Virus record (IMG/VR): IMGVR_UViG_3300026488_000025
Span: 15,664 to 79,663 of that record
Source: a virus
Direction: 5' to 3' (one strand)
Length of the DNA stretch: 64,000 nucleotides
Shown here: positions 9,413 to 18,708 of the stretch, piece after piece
Numbering within the stretch: the first letter of the stretch is position 1
Layout of the letters: every line of letters starts with the position of its first letter
Translations under genes and position numbers: made by a program
The notes under the pieces: model-generated
Told to the model about the DNA's origin: nothing
What the model saw: the letters and a program-made list of their open reading frames with translations, nothing else
Databases searched by the model: none

Positions 9413-10897
9413 TTATTTATACTCTTCTTTTCTTATAGCATAACTGTCAATTCTTACAACTAACCAAGTTAAGGCGAGATAAGTTATTTCAAGAACAAAG
9501 GTCATTAAAAGATTTATCATCTTTAATAAAGCTAACAGTTCTATACCAAGCAACTCAGCAGTAAAATTAAGTGCTTTGTTAGTTTCTCCTACTTGTTTCT
9601 CATTCAATTCAATCTTTGCTTGTTCTTTTGTGTCTTCTAAACTAGTAATCTTATCTTGAAGTACTTCTACTTTTTTATTGATAAGTTCAACCTTACCTGC
9701 TTTAGAGCTAATGATAATAGTTTTCTTTTCTTGAACCTTAGAAATTTCATCATTCATTCTATTAATTTGAATCTGTAAGTTTCTTTTCATAGTCTTATAG
9801 TTCTTAGGTAAATCACTTATCCTAACTTTAGTATTAGTTATTTTATCTCTTATACTAGAAATACTTGAATCTAATGCACTAAGCTGTAATTGGATATTCT
9901 TCTCTACCTCAGGTATAGTGTTTTTTACTGTTAAGATTCTACTATTTGCTGTTAGAATCTGTTTATCGATAAATTTAATTCTACTATCACCCATCGAAAT
10001 GGTCTTAGCATCACCAACAGTCGATACGGCTAGACTCGAATAGATTCCTACACTAGATACGAATACCATCCCCACTAATGATGCTACTAGCACCATTCTG
10101 AGCATATAGTGATTGAAGTAAAATGCTATTTTGTCTTGCCATATTTTACCTATTTTTTCTTTATCAACACCTACTGAAAGAATTTTTATGATAGCCATCT
10201 TAGCTACATATAAAGAAACAATAATAAATGTTACCTGCGAAGGGTCTAAACGATGGTATGTTTCTTTCCAACCATCGATGTCAAACGATATAGCACTAGC
10301 AGCAATCATCAACATACTAACCATAACAATAAATCTTAGTGACATAACAAAATCTAATGTACCAGATACAACCCTAGAAGTGGTTTCAATAACAGTTTTT
10401 ATGGTGCTCTCAAATTTCGATACTTCTGGTTCTAAGGTATCCGCATCTTTGAAAGGCACAAAATCATCTTCGCATATAGAAAGTAGGTCATCTATTTCAT
10501 CTTTTGATAATACCCTAGGTTCAGGTTTCTCTGGTTTTTTGGGCTCCATTAGGTCTATATCTAGGTCTACTGTACTAGCAATGACGGTATCTAAATCAAT
10601 TATTTCATAAACCGTGTCTTCAATATTTGGGTAATCGTACGGTTTTACTTCGTTCAAAGGTATGTCATCAGCATCATCAGCTTCGTCGCTATGAAGGTCT
10701 TCTATGACTAGTGGTTCGTTGTTCACTGGAATACTTTCTCTATCAGGCTGAATGGTATTTGTACGCTCGAAATACTGAGGGAATGCCGCTTGAAGAGAAA
10801 CATTATCATTATCATCTCCGTGGAATAGTTTGTAATGTTTTCCGGCAAAAGTAATACCGACTGAATTAAATGGTTGTTCTGATAAATCTACTTTCAT
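9413..10897 (-). CDS. Membrane protein with long coiled coil
   Basis: Three to four hydrophobic segments flanking a coiled coil; acidic N-terminus. Confidence 0.6.
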   Translation of the reverse strand: MKVDLSEQPFNSVGITFAGKHYKLFHGDDNDNVSLQAAFPQYFERTNTIQPDRESIPVNNEPLVIEDLHSDEADDADDIPLNEVKPYDYPNIEDTVYEIIDLDTVIASTVDLDIDLMEPKKPEKPEPRVLSKDEIDDLLSICEDDFVPFKDADTLEPEVSKFESTIKTVIETTSRVVSGTLDFVMSLRFIVMVSMLMIAASAISFDIDGWKETYHRLDPSQVTFIIVSLYVAKMAIIKILSVGVDKEKIGKIWQDKIAFYFNHYMLRMVLVASLVGMVFVSSVGIYSSLAVSTVGDAKTISMGDSRIKFIDKQILTANSRILTVKNTIPEVEKNIQLQLSALDSSISSIRDKITNTKVRISDLPKNYKTMKRNLQIQINRMNDEISKVQEKKTIIISSKAGKVELINKKVEVLQDKITSLEDTKEQAKIELNEKQVGETNKALNFTAELLGIELLALLKMINLLMTFVLEITYLALTWLVVRIDSYAIRKEEYK

Positions 10898-10908
10898 ATT
10901 ATACCTCT

Positions 10909-11226
10909 CTAGTTTAGTTCTATTCTTATTTCGTTTTCATCGTGCTCGATAGTATATTTGTCGTAGACTCCATCAACCAACATAAAGGCACTCTCTGCAT
11001 CTTTAGCTTTAAAAAATACTAAGGTTTTACCTTTCTTAGTCGGTTTCTCTAATTTGATTTTGTAACCAAATTCTCTGATAATCTGAATAGGATTAGCTTC
11101 AGCTTCAATTAAGGTTTCCATCTTAGATTTCGGTGCTTCTTCACTCTGAACCTCTTGTGGTGCTTCTGTTATTGCTATTGCTTCGTTTGTGATTTTTGAT
11201 TCTAATAAATTTCTAAATGGTTTCAT
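10909..11226 (-). CDS. Hypothetical protein, possibly internal head protein
   Basis: MKPFRNLLE N-terminus. Confidence 0.5.
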   Translation of the reverse strand: MKPFRNLLESKITNEAIAITEAPQEVQSEEAPKSKMETLIEAEANPIQIIREFGYKIKLEKPTKKGKTLVFFKAKDAESAFMLVDGVYDKYTIEHDENEIRIELN

Positions 11227-12416
11227 ATATGTACTCCGTTACTGTTTAATATTTTCCTCATATCTGCTGATGATATTTTCTCGAAATTCTTGATATAAGC
11301 TTCTTTGATTTTAATTTTCTCTTCTGCTTCAGTCTGTTTTAATGCTTCACCTAAAGGTCCTGATTTTCTAATAACTGCAGACCTGATTTCAGAATCTACG
11401 GCTATTGTATCGAAAATTTCATTAATTTCTATATCGAATAGACTGTCTAGCATACTAAACATACCTACCATATATCCCTTCTCAGGTGATTCTGGATAGT
11501 GTCTTGCCATTTCTTCAGCTCTATCTATTGTGGCTTCAAGAACATTATTCGATAGAGCTTCACCTTCTACTTCTGCGAACAAGAAAATCAGTAACCACTG
11601 CGATAACGGATTTCTACCTATCATTGTTATTGCTTGTGAGATTGTAGAAATCTTTTTCGTGAATTCTTGTTGGTTATTCACAAATTTCAATATATTATAT
11701 ACTAGCTCTGGTCGTGTTTTAATATACTCTTCGATTTGTGTAGTACTAGCATCTTGTTTCAGTAAGACCATTAGCTGTAGAATAATAACCCGCGTGGCAT
11801 CTTTGATGCTCTTACAAGTCTTAATCTCAGGTTTACCAATATAGTATCCCTGGAAATATTCAAAACCAAAATCTATATATTTTTTGTAGTCTTCTACTGT
11901 CTCAATCTTCTCTGCTAATAGCGTAATACCCATCTTTTTAAATTTAGGTATCAGTTTTACGAGATTTTCTTCGTTTACTGTCTGAATATCTATTTTCAAT
12001 ATGTTCACATACTTCCATAATGGATTAAATTGCTTAAGCATTTCTGAAGAAGCATCAAAATCATCAACGGCTATAATAAAACCTGCTTGTTTTAGTAAAC
12101 GGACTTTCGAAACTACTTCGGGTGTAACATCTATTGTTTCAAGTAGTTCTATAACATATTTGTCATAATCGAGCATATCAAGTATATCGTGCTGTAGCAT
12201 TTCTTCATCCACATTTAAGAAACCTAATCGGTCTTCTAATACATTATCTATGTTTAAATGAGTCAAAAGATTAAATAAGACTTTTGATGTTGCTGCTATA
12301 TTAGACGGAAAATCATCGATGCCCCGAGGATTATCTCGATATAATAATTCATAACCTATTAATTTTCCGTGTAGGTTCTTAATAGGTTGTCGTGCTATAA
12401 AGACATCTGTAGCCAT
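11223..12416 (-). CDS. EAL-HDOD domain protein (YuxH/PdeH-like c-di-GMP phosphodiesterase family); probable start 12416
   Basis: VFIARQPI, GYELLYR, FLNV, AVDDF, KID, LAEKIET, FQGYY, followed by HDOD helices. Confidence 0.85.
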   Translation of the reverse strand: MATDVFIARQPIKNLHGKLIGYELLYRDNPRGIDDFPSNIAATSKVLFNLLTHLNIDNVLEDRLGFLNVDEEMLQHDILDMLDYDKYVIELLETIDVTPEVVSKVRLLKQAGFIIAVDDFDASSEMLKQFNPLWKYVNILKIDIQTVNEENLVKLIPKFKKMGITLLAEKIETVEDYKKYIDFGFEYFQGYYIGKPEIKTCKSIKDATRVIILQLMVLLKQDASTTQIEEYIKTRPELVYNILKFVNNQQEFTKKISTISQAITMIGRNPLSQWLLIFLFAEVEGEALSNNVLEATIDRAEEMARHYPESPEKGYMVGMFSMLDSLFDIEINEIFDTIAVDSEIRSAVIRKSGPLGEALKQTEAEEKIKIKEAYIKNFEKISSADMRKILNSNGVHI

Positions 12417-12441
12417 AGTGACCTCGTTTTGTGAGTATTTA

Positions 12442-13206
12442 TCAAAAAGACAAACCGTTCGGTACAAGGTTTAAAATATCTACATCATCTACCTCTCCCG
12501 AACAATGACCAAATTCCTTGAATGAGCAATAACCACATAAAGGTGAGACTTTTTTAGGATATCTCTCCCCATTCTCACAAGATTTTGTATCGGCATATAA
12601 ATCTTTAATAAGCTGTGTTAAATCTTTTCTGTGGAATGTTTCGTGTCTTTGAGTACCGTGTTCTACATAGATAAAAGCAGTCTGAACCTCGTTGATGTGT
12701 GGATATTCAGTAAATGCCCACACAGCGTATGTTTTCATTTGGTCGTTGGTGAAAAAACGAGTATCAGTACTCTTATCTTTACCTGATTTATAGTCATCGA
12801 TAAAAATCTTATCTCCTTCCCACCAGTGAACATCGATAGCACCACGAATCCAAGAAGTTTTATCCCAATAGTCGCACGATACTAGTTTAGCATCTATGAT
12901 TTTGAAAGCAAACTTTTGTTCGTTGATATAATTTTGTTTAATAATGTTAGCCCATATTGGACCTTCTTTGAATTTATTTACAGATACAAGAGCAAGTGCT
13001 TTCTCTTCTGGTGTAAATATTTTATTCGTTTTGAAATCGGGACGGTCATCGTTGTACTCTAAACATTCGTGAATATATGAACCTTTATATAGAGCTAGAT
13101 TCGGTTCGAATGGAACCTTAACCTTGTCAATGTATTGTAGTTTAAATTTCATCGGACAAGTTCTAAAACTATCTAATCTTGAATGTGAGTATGGTGAGAA
13201 TTTCAT
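12442..13206 (-). CDS. Cas4/RecB-like PD-(D/E)XK nuclease
   Basis: SHSRL..F..CP, GAID, DYKSG, QMKTY, CGYCSF...C (four Fe-S Cys). Confidence 0.8.
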   Translation of the reverse strand: MKFSPYSHSRLDSFRTCPMKFKLQYIDKVKVPFEPNLALYKGSYIHECLEYNDDRPDFKTNKIFTPEEKALALVSVNKFKEGPIWANIIKQNYINEQKFAFKIIDAKLVSCDYWDKTSWIRGAIDVHWWEGDKIFIDDYKSGKDKSTDTRFFTNDQMKTYAVWAFTEYPHINEVQTAFIYVEHGTQRHETFHRKDLTQLIKDLYADTKSCENGERYPKKVSPLCGYCSFKEFGHCSGEVDDVDILNLVPNGLSF

Positions 13207-13423
13207 CTATATTTCCTTCAGTTCTTTTGTTGTTCTATCAAATGAGAAATGTTTATTCTCTGTGTGGATGTGGACTTCTTTTTTTTCGATTTTATAATTT
13301 ACGGGTCTTAATTCTGTTTCAAATCTGAAATATGATAGAATTATTTGTAGTTCATTCTCTGACATAATCTTTCCTTTGTCTCTTTATATGTAATATTATA
13401 ACATAAAGAACCTTAGAGGTTCC

Positions 13424-14095
13424 TTAATCTATTAGATATATTTTATAAGCAACGATATTTCTGTCATACCAATAGAAGCTATTCTTCCAATAAGCATATT
13501 TAAGAATAATTGAGTTTCTTTTGTCGATTTTTACCTCAAACGATGTTTTATAAAGTTCTTCGCTTTCTTGTTTCTCTTTCTCTATCCAATCTACTGAATA
13601 TTTCCAAATAACATTCTTATTTTCATTAATATAACCTCCAAGAACACCATTCTTCATAATTGTTTGCTCGAGAACTCTATCATAACCATAACTAAATCTA
13701 TACTGAATAGCACCTTTTAATATTGTTGGTCTTAATACAATACCACCATTTAGTGATTCTTCATCGTATGATAATTGGTCTACATATAGTTTTTTAACTT
13801 TGCCAAATAATATTACATCTGTATATAAAACATTATAAGGGTCCATTAAGACTGTATAATCTGCTAAATAATCGATGTACTCTGTATTATTTGTTTTAGC
13901 AACATTGTATTCACCTTTAACTTTATGTGTTGTAATTCCTGCTTTGATAGCAGTTTCGAGTTTTAAATTTGTTGATTCTACTTCTGTGTGAGGTGTTGAA
14001 GATGTTGAATACCCACCCTCTCCGAATGTTTTTAAATGTGTTACATCAAATCCTGATAAACTTAATGCTAGTAGCAATATTAGTAATGTTTTCAT
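13424..14095 (-). CDS. Putative outer-membrane beta-barrel protein (probable start 14095)
   Basis: Signal peptide MKTLLILLLALSLSG after GGAG SD; alternating beta-strand pattern; aromatic C-terminal strand. Confidence 0.5.
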   Translation of the reverse strand: MKTLLILLLALSLSGFDVTHLKTFGEGGYSTSSTPHTEVESTNLKLETAIKAGITTHKVKGEYNVAKTNNTEYIDYLADYTVLMDPYNVLYTDVILFGKVKKLYVDQLSYDEESLNGGIVLRPTILKGAIQYRFSYGYDRVLEQTIMKNGVLGGYINENKNVIWKYSVDWIEKEKQESEELYKTSFEVKIDKRNSIILKYAYWKNSFYWYDRNIVAYKIYLID

Positions 14096-14123
14096 TGTTT
14101 CTTCTCCTATATATTTAAGGTAT

Positions 14124-14357
14124 TTATAAGAATAGGTGTGGTTTGTCTTCTTTGATTTTGACAATTTCTTCATTTGAAATCAAAACAATATTAGCAAGAC
14201 GCAAATCTTTCTCTGTTTTATGTGTCCTATATGAAATTGTAAAGTGAAAATTTTCTTCTAACATAGATACAGCACAAGCATCTTCTTTAGAATGTTTAAG
14301 ATATCCAATATAACCTTCTAAATAAACCCACCCTTCTGGAGCGTTTCGCAACATCAT
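14124..14357 (-). CDS. Small protein with C-terminal KPHLFL tag
   Basis: ORF; shared C-terminus. Confidence 0.65.
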   Translation of the reverse strand: MMLRNAPEGWVYLEGYIGYLKHSKEDACAVSMLEENFHFTISYRTHKTEKDLRLANIVLISNEEIVKIKEDKPHLFL

Positions 14358-14557
14358 AAGAAAGCATCCGGGTATGATTGCATTATCTCTTCGACTGTCT
14401 TCTTATCTACTACTTCGCCTCGACCATAATCAGAAGAGAATCCTGAAATTTTGAAATTTAATATCTGATATGAGTTCTCATTCCGTTTCTTTATGAGAAT
14501 ATCGGGAATTGTTATATTGTGAAATTCTTCTGATATGTCTAATAATTTTGCTGTCAT
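14354..14557 (-). CDS. Small protein ending YPDAFL
   Basis: ORF with SD; tag-like C-terminus. Confidence 0.6.
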   Translation of the reverse strand: MTAKLLDISEEFHNITIPDILIKKRNENSYQILNFKISGFSSDYGRGEVVDKKTVEEIMQSYPDAFL

Positions 14558-14566
14558 AATATTTCC

Positions 14567-14899
14567 TTATAATAATAGGTGAGGTTTGTCTTCATAGATT
14601 TCATTCAGTCTTACTTTCATCGATTCTAATCTCTCTAATGCGTCCACAACGGCTTCGATTTTATTTACTTGTTGTGCCATCTTATCTGTGATTTTCTCCC
14701 AACATTCTTCTTCTGATTTATATATTGCTTGAGTAGTGTATTTTTTGTCATCAGTAACATATACAAATTTCTTGGTTATTCTTATTACCTTTTCTGGAGT
14801 TAATTCACTCCAATCTCTCTCATAATCAACCATCCACAACGGATTTGTTTCAAAATATTCTTTTATTTCGTTTCGTTTCATCTGTGCTAATGGAGTCAT
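14567..14899 (-). CDS. Small protein with C-terminal KPHLLL tag
   Basis: ORF with AAGGA SD. Confidence 0.65.
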   Translation of the reverse strand: MTPLAQMKRNEIKEYFETNPLWMVDYERDWSELTPEKVIRITKKFVYVTDDKKYTTQAIYKSEEECWEKITDKMAQQVNKIEAVVDALERLESMKVRLNEIYEDKPHLLL

Positions 14900-14908
14900 A
14901 ATATTTCC

Positions 14909-15166
14909 TTATAAGAATAAATGAGGTTGATTCATCTGAATAGTTTCAACCTCATCAGTACTAAGAATTTCTATACCCATCTGTGAAATTGAATGAGGTG
15001 AATTACCGCTGTCGTGCCATCTAATCTTGCTTGTTCCTGTCCCGCCGATTATTTCATAATGCAAGTAATTAAGTCTATTTCGTACTACCCTCATAAGTAA
15101 TCTATTAAACATAAAAAATGTACCTACTGGTATGACTCTAATTTCTATATTATATTTCGGTTTCAT
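14909..15166 (-). CDS. Small protein with C-terminal QPHLFL tag
   Basis: ORF coupled to the upstream gene. Confidence 0.65.
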   Translation of the reverse strand: MKPKYNIEIRVIPVGTFFMFNRLLMRVVRNRLNYLHYEIIGGTGTSKIRWHDSGNSPHSISQMGIEILSTDEVETIQMNQPHLFL

Positions 15167-15483
15167 ATTTTGTCTACCATTACAAATGCTACATTTTCAT
15201 CAGAGAAATTTGTTAGTGCTTTCGTAAGAACTACATAACGGCTTCTTGTTACTGTCTGTTTTCCTGACATATCTATTAAATGTTTCGTACCTGCTTTACG
15301 AGATTCATCATTCGTTATTGTTTTCTCATATTGCTCTTTCTTAACGATAATACCATATTTGTATTTCTCATCGATTTTGTTCCAATCTTTACCAGTTTCT
15401 TCGAGGCATAAAGCAACTTGCTCAGGACCCGTTAGTTTTTGTAGTTTTTTGTGTGCTTTCTTCATTGCGGTTTCAAATGTCAT
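15163..15483 (-). CDS. C-terminal fragment of split Thg1-like protein
   Basis: HKKLQ.L...EQ....EETGKDWN....YKYG matches the Thg1 C-terminal domain; own promoter and SD. Confidence 0.7.
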   Translation of the reverse strand: MTFETAMKKAHKKLQKLTGPEQVALCLEETGKDWNKIDEKYKYGIIVKKEQYEKTITNDESRKAGTKHLIDMSGKQTVTRSRYVVLTKALTNFSDENVAFVMVDKI

Positions 15484-15535
15484 TTCTTATCCTTCTTTTT
15501 GTTTATATGTAGTATTATAACATAAACTACCTTAA

Positions 15536-16390
15536 TCAACTCTTAACTGCGTACCAACCATCCAATTCTCTATTAGATTGTTTTCTTGCCTTCTTGCTAT
15601 CAATCTTTTTGTTTGTTTGATATGACTTTTTGAGTAGATACATTTCTAAATTATATTCTTCACATTTCTGCACGAAATCTCCGTGGCTTTCAAATATAAG
15701 AACATCATCCTTATTATATACAAATATTTTCAGTGCCATACCATTTTTGTTGCCTGGTAACGAACCTAAAGACTTGTATAAATCTTTATTATTATGATAA
15801 TCTTCTGAAGGCACTCTAGTTTTCACTCCAGTGGATATAATTTCAACTGCTACTGTCCCTTTAGCTACACCCACGAAATTGCCACTATCAAAATCTTCTT
15901 TAGATATGCTTGTAGTTTCTCCGTTTATTGATACAGCTACCATACCTTTAGTATTATGTTCATACTCGCCTGTTGCAAATTCTTCTGAAGACACTCTTAT
16001 ATGACCTTCTTTTGTTTTGACAACTACGCTATTTCTATTGGTATTTGCCGCTTTTATTATATCTTCTTTGGAGAACTTATATTGTAGATTATTTTCATTA
16101 ACATAACCCCAGCCACCTATACCACCAACCTTTAAATTATAGGTATCTTTTCGTTTAATAAATTCTTCTGTTACTATCTCATTTTCTTTAGCATAAGATT
16201 CTTCTTTGGTGTTGTATGCAAATATTTCTACTATTTCAAATTGAGATTTACTGTATTTTCTAATTGAATCTCCTAAATGAGAATCAGAGTTAGCGTGGCC
16301 TTTGAATCTATTCTTTAGCGTATCTTCTGTTACACCTATGTATATTTTACAGTTTAATTTATTCGTAATTTGGTACACTTTATGTTTCAT
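15536..16390 (-). CDS. GIY-YIG (Seg-like) homing endonuclease
   Basis: VYQITNKLNCKIYIG, R..GH, E, YNLKVGG. Confidence 0.85.
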   Translation of the reverse strand: MKHKVYQITNKLNCKIYIGVTEDTLKNRFKGHANSDSHLGDSIRKYSKSQFEIVEIFAYNTKEESYAKENEIVTEEFIKRKDTYNLKVGGIGGWGYVNENNLQYKFSKEDIIKAANTNRNSVVVKTKEGHIRVSSEEFATGEYEHNTKGMVAVSINGETTSISKEDFDSGNFVGVAKGTVAVEIISTGVKTRVPSEDYHNNKDLYKSLGSLPGNKNGMALKIFVYNKDDVLIFESHGDFVQKCEEYNLEMYLLKKSYQTNKKIDSKKARKQSNRELDGWYAVKS

Positions 16391-16441
16391 CCCATTCTCC
16401 TAAAAGTCTATATACTACTATTTATAGAGTACGAGATACTG

Positions 16442-17092
16442 TTAAGAATTGGATTGTTCCATATAGTATTTTGCTAAAGTTGCTTGTGACCATAAAGATT
16501 TACTGTTTTTGATGCAATCCCTAATTCGCCACATTACTGAATTGAATGCTTCTTCATCTGAATCAACACCATACATTCTCGTATCGAAATAAGCATTACC
16601 TACTTTATTATTTTGGATATTTAAAATATAATCAATATCTTCCTGTTCTGTATAAGAAGTAATATTCATTTCATAATATTCATTTGCAATATCACCTAAA
16701 TGTTTATTGAATCTCATTGTAGTGTAACCTGCAATCAATGAACACATTTTTTGAACCCTACCACCATACGAGTGCTCCCATAGAGCTTTGTTAGTGCCTT
16801 TGTGATTCTCTTTAGTCATTAATGATGGAATAATAAGCGTAATCTCATCTGATTGCTGATATACACAAACTGCTTGGTATTCTTTAGCGAGGTCAAGCGA
16901 TGTCAATTCAAAAGCCTTAGATAAAATATCATCAAATGGTTTTTTGAAACCCTTAGTAAACTTAGAAAATTTATGACCATCTATACGAACGATGATATGC
17001 TTTTCTGATTCAATTCTTGTTTCATAATCAGCTTCTAAACCTTTCAGTCTTCCACCTAATGATTCTGTGTTGTTTTTGATACTTTTCTTCAT
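16442..17092 (-). CDS. Thg1-like tRNA-His guanylyltransferase, N-terminal catalytic fragment
   Basis: IVRIDGHKFSKFT, YQQSDEITL, GRVQK, FDTR, WR..DC.KNS. Confidence 0.88.
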   Translation of the reverse strand: MKKSIKNNTESLGGRLKGLEADYETRIESEKHIIVRIDGHKFSKFTKGFKKPFDDILSKAFELTSLDLAKEYQAVCVYQQSDEITLIIPSLMTKENHKGTNKALWEHSYGGRVQKMCSLIAGYTTMRFNKHLGDIANEYYEMNITSYTEQEDIDYILNIQNNKVGNAYFDTRMYGVDSDEEAFNSVMWRIRDCIKNSKSLWSQATLAKYYMEQSNS

Positions 17093-17157
17093 CTTTCTTT
17101 CCTTCTCTCTTTATATGTAATATTATAACATAATGAACCTTAAGGTGTACTGAACCG

Positions 17158-17541
17158 CTAGAATGGTACTTCTGATTCTACATAAGCACCCGTATCAGCA
17201 TAAAATATACCAGTACTCGAACCTATATGACCTTTACCTAAAAACTCCCAACACTCATCTATCGTATCAAAATATTTAACACCTAAATCGCTTGAATCTG
17301 CTTTATACTTTTTGTCTTTGTTCATTTCACCAAGCGTATGTTTGTATTCGTGAACCTTATAAAACTTATCTAATGATTCGTATTTAGGTGTGTAAACTTT
17401 TGGTTCTTCTAATCTTAAACCAACGAAATAATCGTACTTATGATATTCTTTGAGTACATCAAATACTTCTCTAGCATCTATCTGTGACCCTTGAAAAACT
17501 AAAGTGTTTTCGTTCTCTCTTTCTTCATATACTTTATGCAT
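17158..17541 (-). CDS. Hypothetical early protein
   Basis: ORF in early-promoter cassette region. Confidence 0.55.
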   Translation of the reverse strand: MHKVYEERENENTLVFQGSQIDAREVFDVLKEYHKYDYFVGLRLEEPKVYTPKYESLDKFYKVHEYKHTLGEMNKDKKYKADSSDLGVKYFDTIDECWEFLGKGHIGSSTGIFYADTGAYVESEVPF

Positions 17542-17843
17542 TATTCTTCCTCTTTAAAAAATTCTGCGAACATTTTCATAAACTCTTTATTTTCAGTAGG
17601 TGACTTATCATAACCAATAACTTCATTTTCCATACGATAAAGTTTTCTATCAATCTTTGTAACTTCTCTTTGTAGTTCAAATCTTGTATTGTACGGGTCG
17701 TATTTTTTATTGAAACGGCTTAATTCGCCTTGACATTTAGGAATCTTTCTCATTTGTATTATTCTATCGTTACAGACATCTAAATCTTTTTGAATCTCTC
17801 TTTGTGTTTGTACCAAATATTTGTATTCTTGAACTAAATTCAT
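17541..17843 (-). CDS. Hypothetical early protein
   Basis: ORF directly after promoter and SD. Confidence 0.55.
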   Translation of the reverse strand: MNLVQEYKYLVQTQREIQKDLDVCNDRIIQMRKIPKCQGELSRFNKKYDPYNTRFELQREVTKIDRKLYRMENEVIGYDKSPTENKEFMKMFAEFFKEEE

Positions 17844-17898
17844 CTTGTTTCCTTTATCTCTCTTTATATGTAATATTATAACATAAAGAACCTTAAAG
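17837..17898 (-). repeat. Early promoter-SD-ATG cassette, near-identical copy at 18642-18703
   Basis: About 62 nt with one mismatch; TTAAG..TATGTTATAATATTACATATAAAGAGAG..AAAGGAAAC..ATG. Confidence 0.8.
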
Positions 17899-17899
17899 G

Positions 17900-18271
17900 C
17901 TACTGAAAATCTATTGTAGTGTCTGTTATTTGCTTTTTCGTGTTTGTTCTGTCATTTAATGCACTTTGAAATAACCCAATAACATTAACATCAACGAAAT
18001 GGTCATCTGGTATATTGGTAAGGAATTCGCTAAATAGTTCATATAAATTCGTAGGGATATTTTGTTCGTGATATTCTACTCCAATATCATTGTAATAGTT
18101 TTTTATTGAGAGCATTCGTGAATTTCTGTTTAGTGGTTTTCTACTCTTTTTGTAATTCATTGGTACATCTTTCCCGAGGATTTTCATATTATTTTTCCAT
18201 TTCTTAGAATTCATTCCTTCGCAATCTGCACAATCGCACGATGCAGGATAGCTACAGCTTCGATAAATCAT
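17900..18271 (-). CDS. Hypothetical protein
   Basis: ORF with Cys-rich N-terminus. Confidence 0.5.
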   Translation of the reverse strand: MIYRSCSYPASCDCADCEGMNSKKWKNNMKILGKDVPMNYKKSRKPLNRNSRMLSIKNYYNDIGVEYHEQNIPTNLYELFSEFLTNIPDDHFVDVNVIGLFQSALNDRTNTKKQITDTTIDFQ

Positions 18272-18274
18272 TTC

Positions 18275-18499
18275 TTATCCTTTGTAACCAGTATCTTTGA
18301 TTTCTTTTTGAATAGCATCAAATAATTCTGTTTCATTTCTACTAACAATAAACATCATAGAATCATCACGAAATTTAGGCCATAGATTAAAAATATACAT
18401 TTCATCATTGTACCTTGGCATCATAAGTTCTTCGAATTTATCTGCGTTTACTCTGTTACTACAATACTTAACTAATATATTTAATTCTGAAAATTCCAT
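18275..18499 (-). CDS. Hypothetical protein
   Basis: ORF with SD. Confidence 0.5.
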   Translation of the reverse strand: MEFSELNILVKYCSNRVNADKFEELMMPRYNDEMYIFNLWPKFRDDSMMFIVSRNETELFDAIQKEIKDTGYKG

Positions 18500-18708
18500 T
18501 ATCTTCTTCCTTTACTAATAGTTCTATCCATTTTATCTTCTAGCATCATTAACATATTACCAAAATAACTAATCTCATCTGGTGTTGTTGCTAAATCCAA
18601 ATCTTTTTGTGTATCTTTGATTTTCTGTGTTAGTTCGTTGTAATTCATCTTGTTTCCTTTATCTCTCTTTATATGTAATATTATAACATAAAGGACCTTA
18701 AAGCTTTA

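Noticed and set aside
15484-16441. Group I intron in the Thg1-like gene
   Set aside because: Flanks are about 50 nt and contain promoters and SD sequences; no P3-P7 core visible
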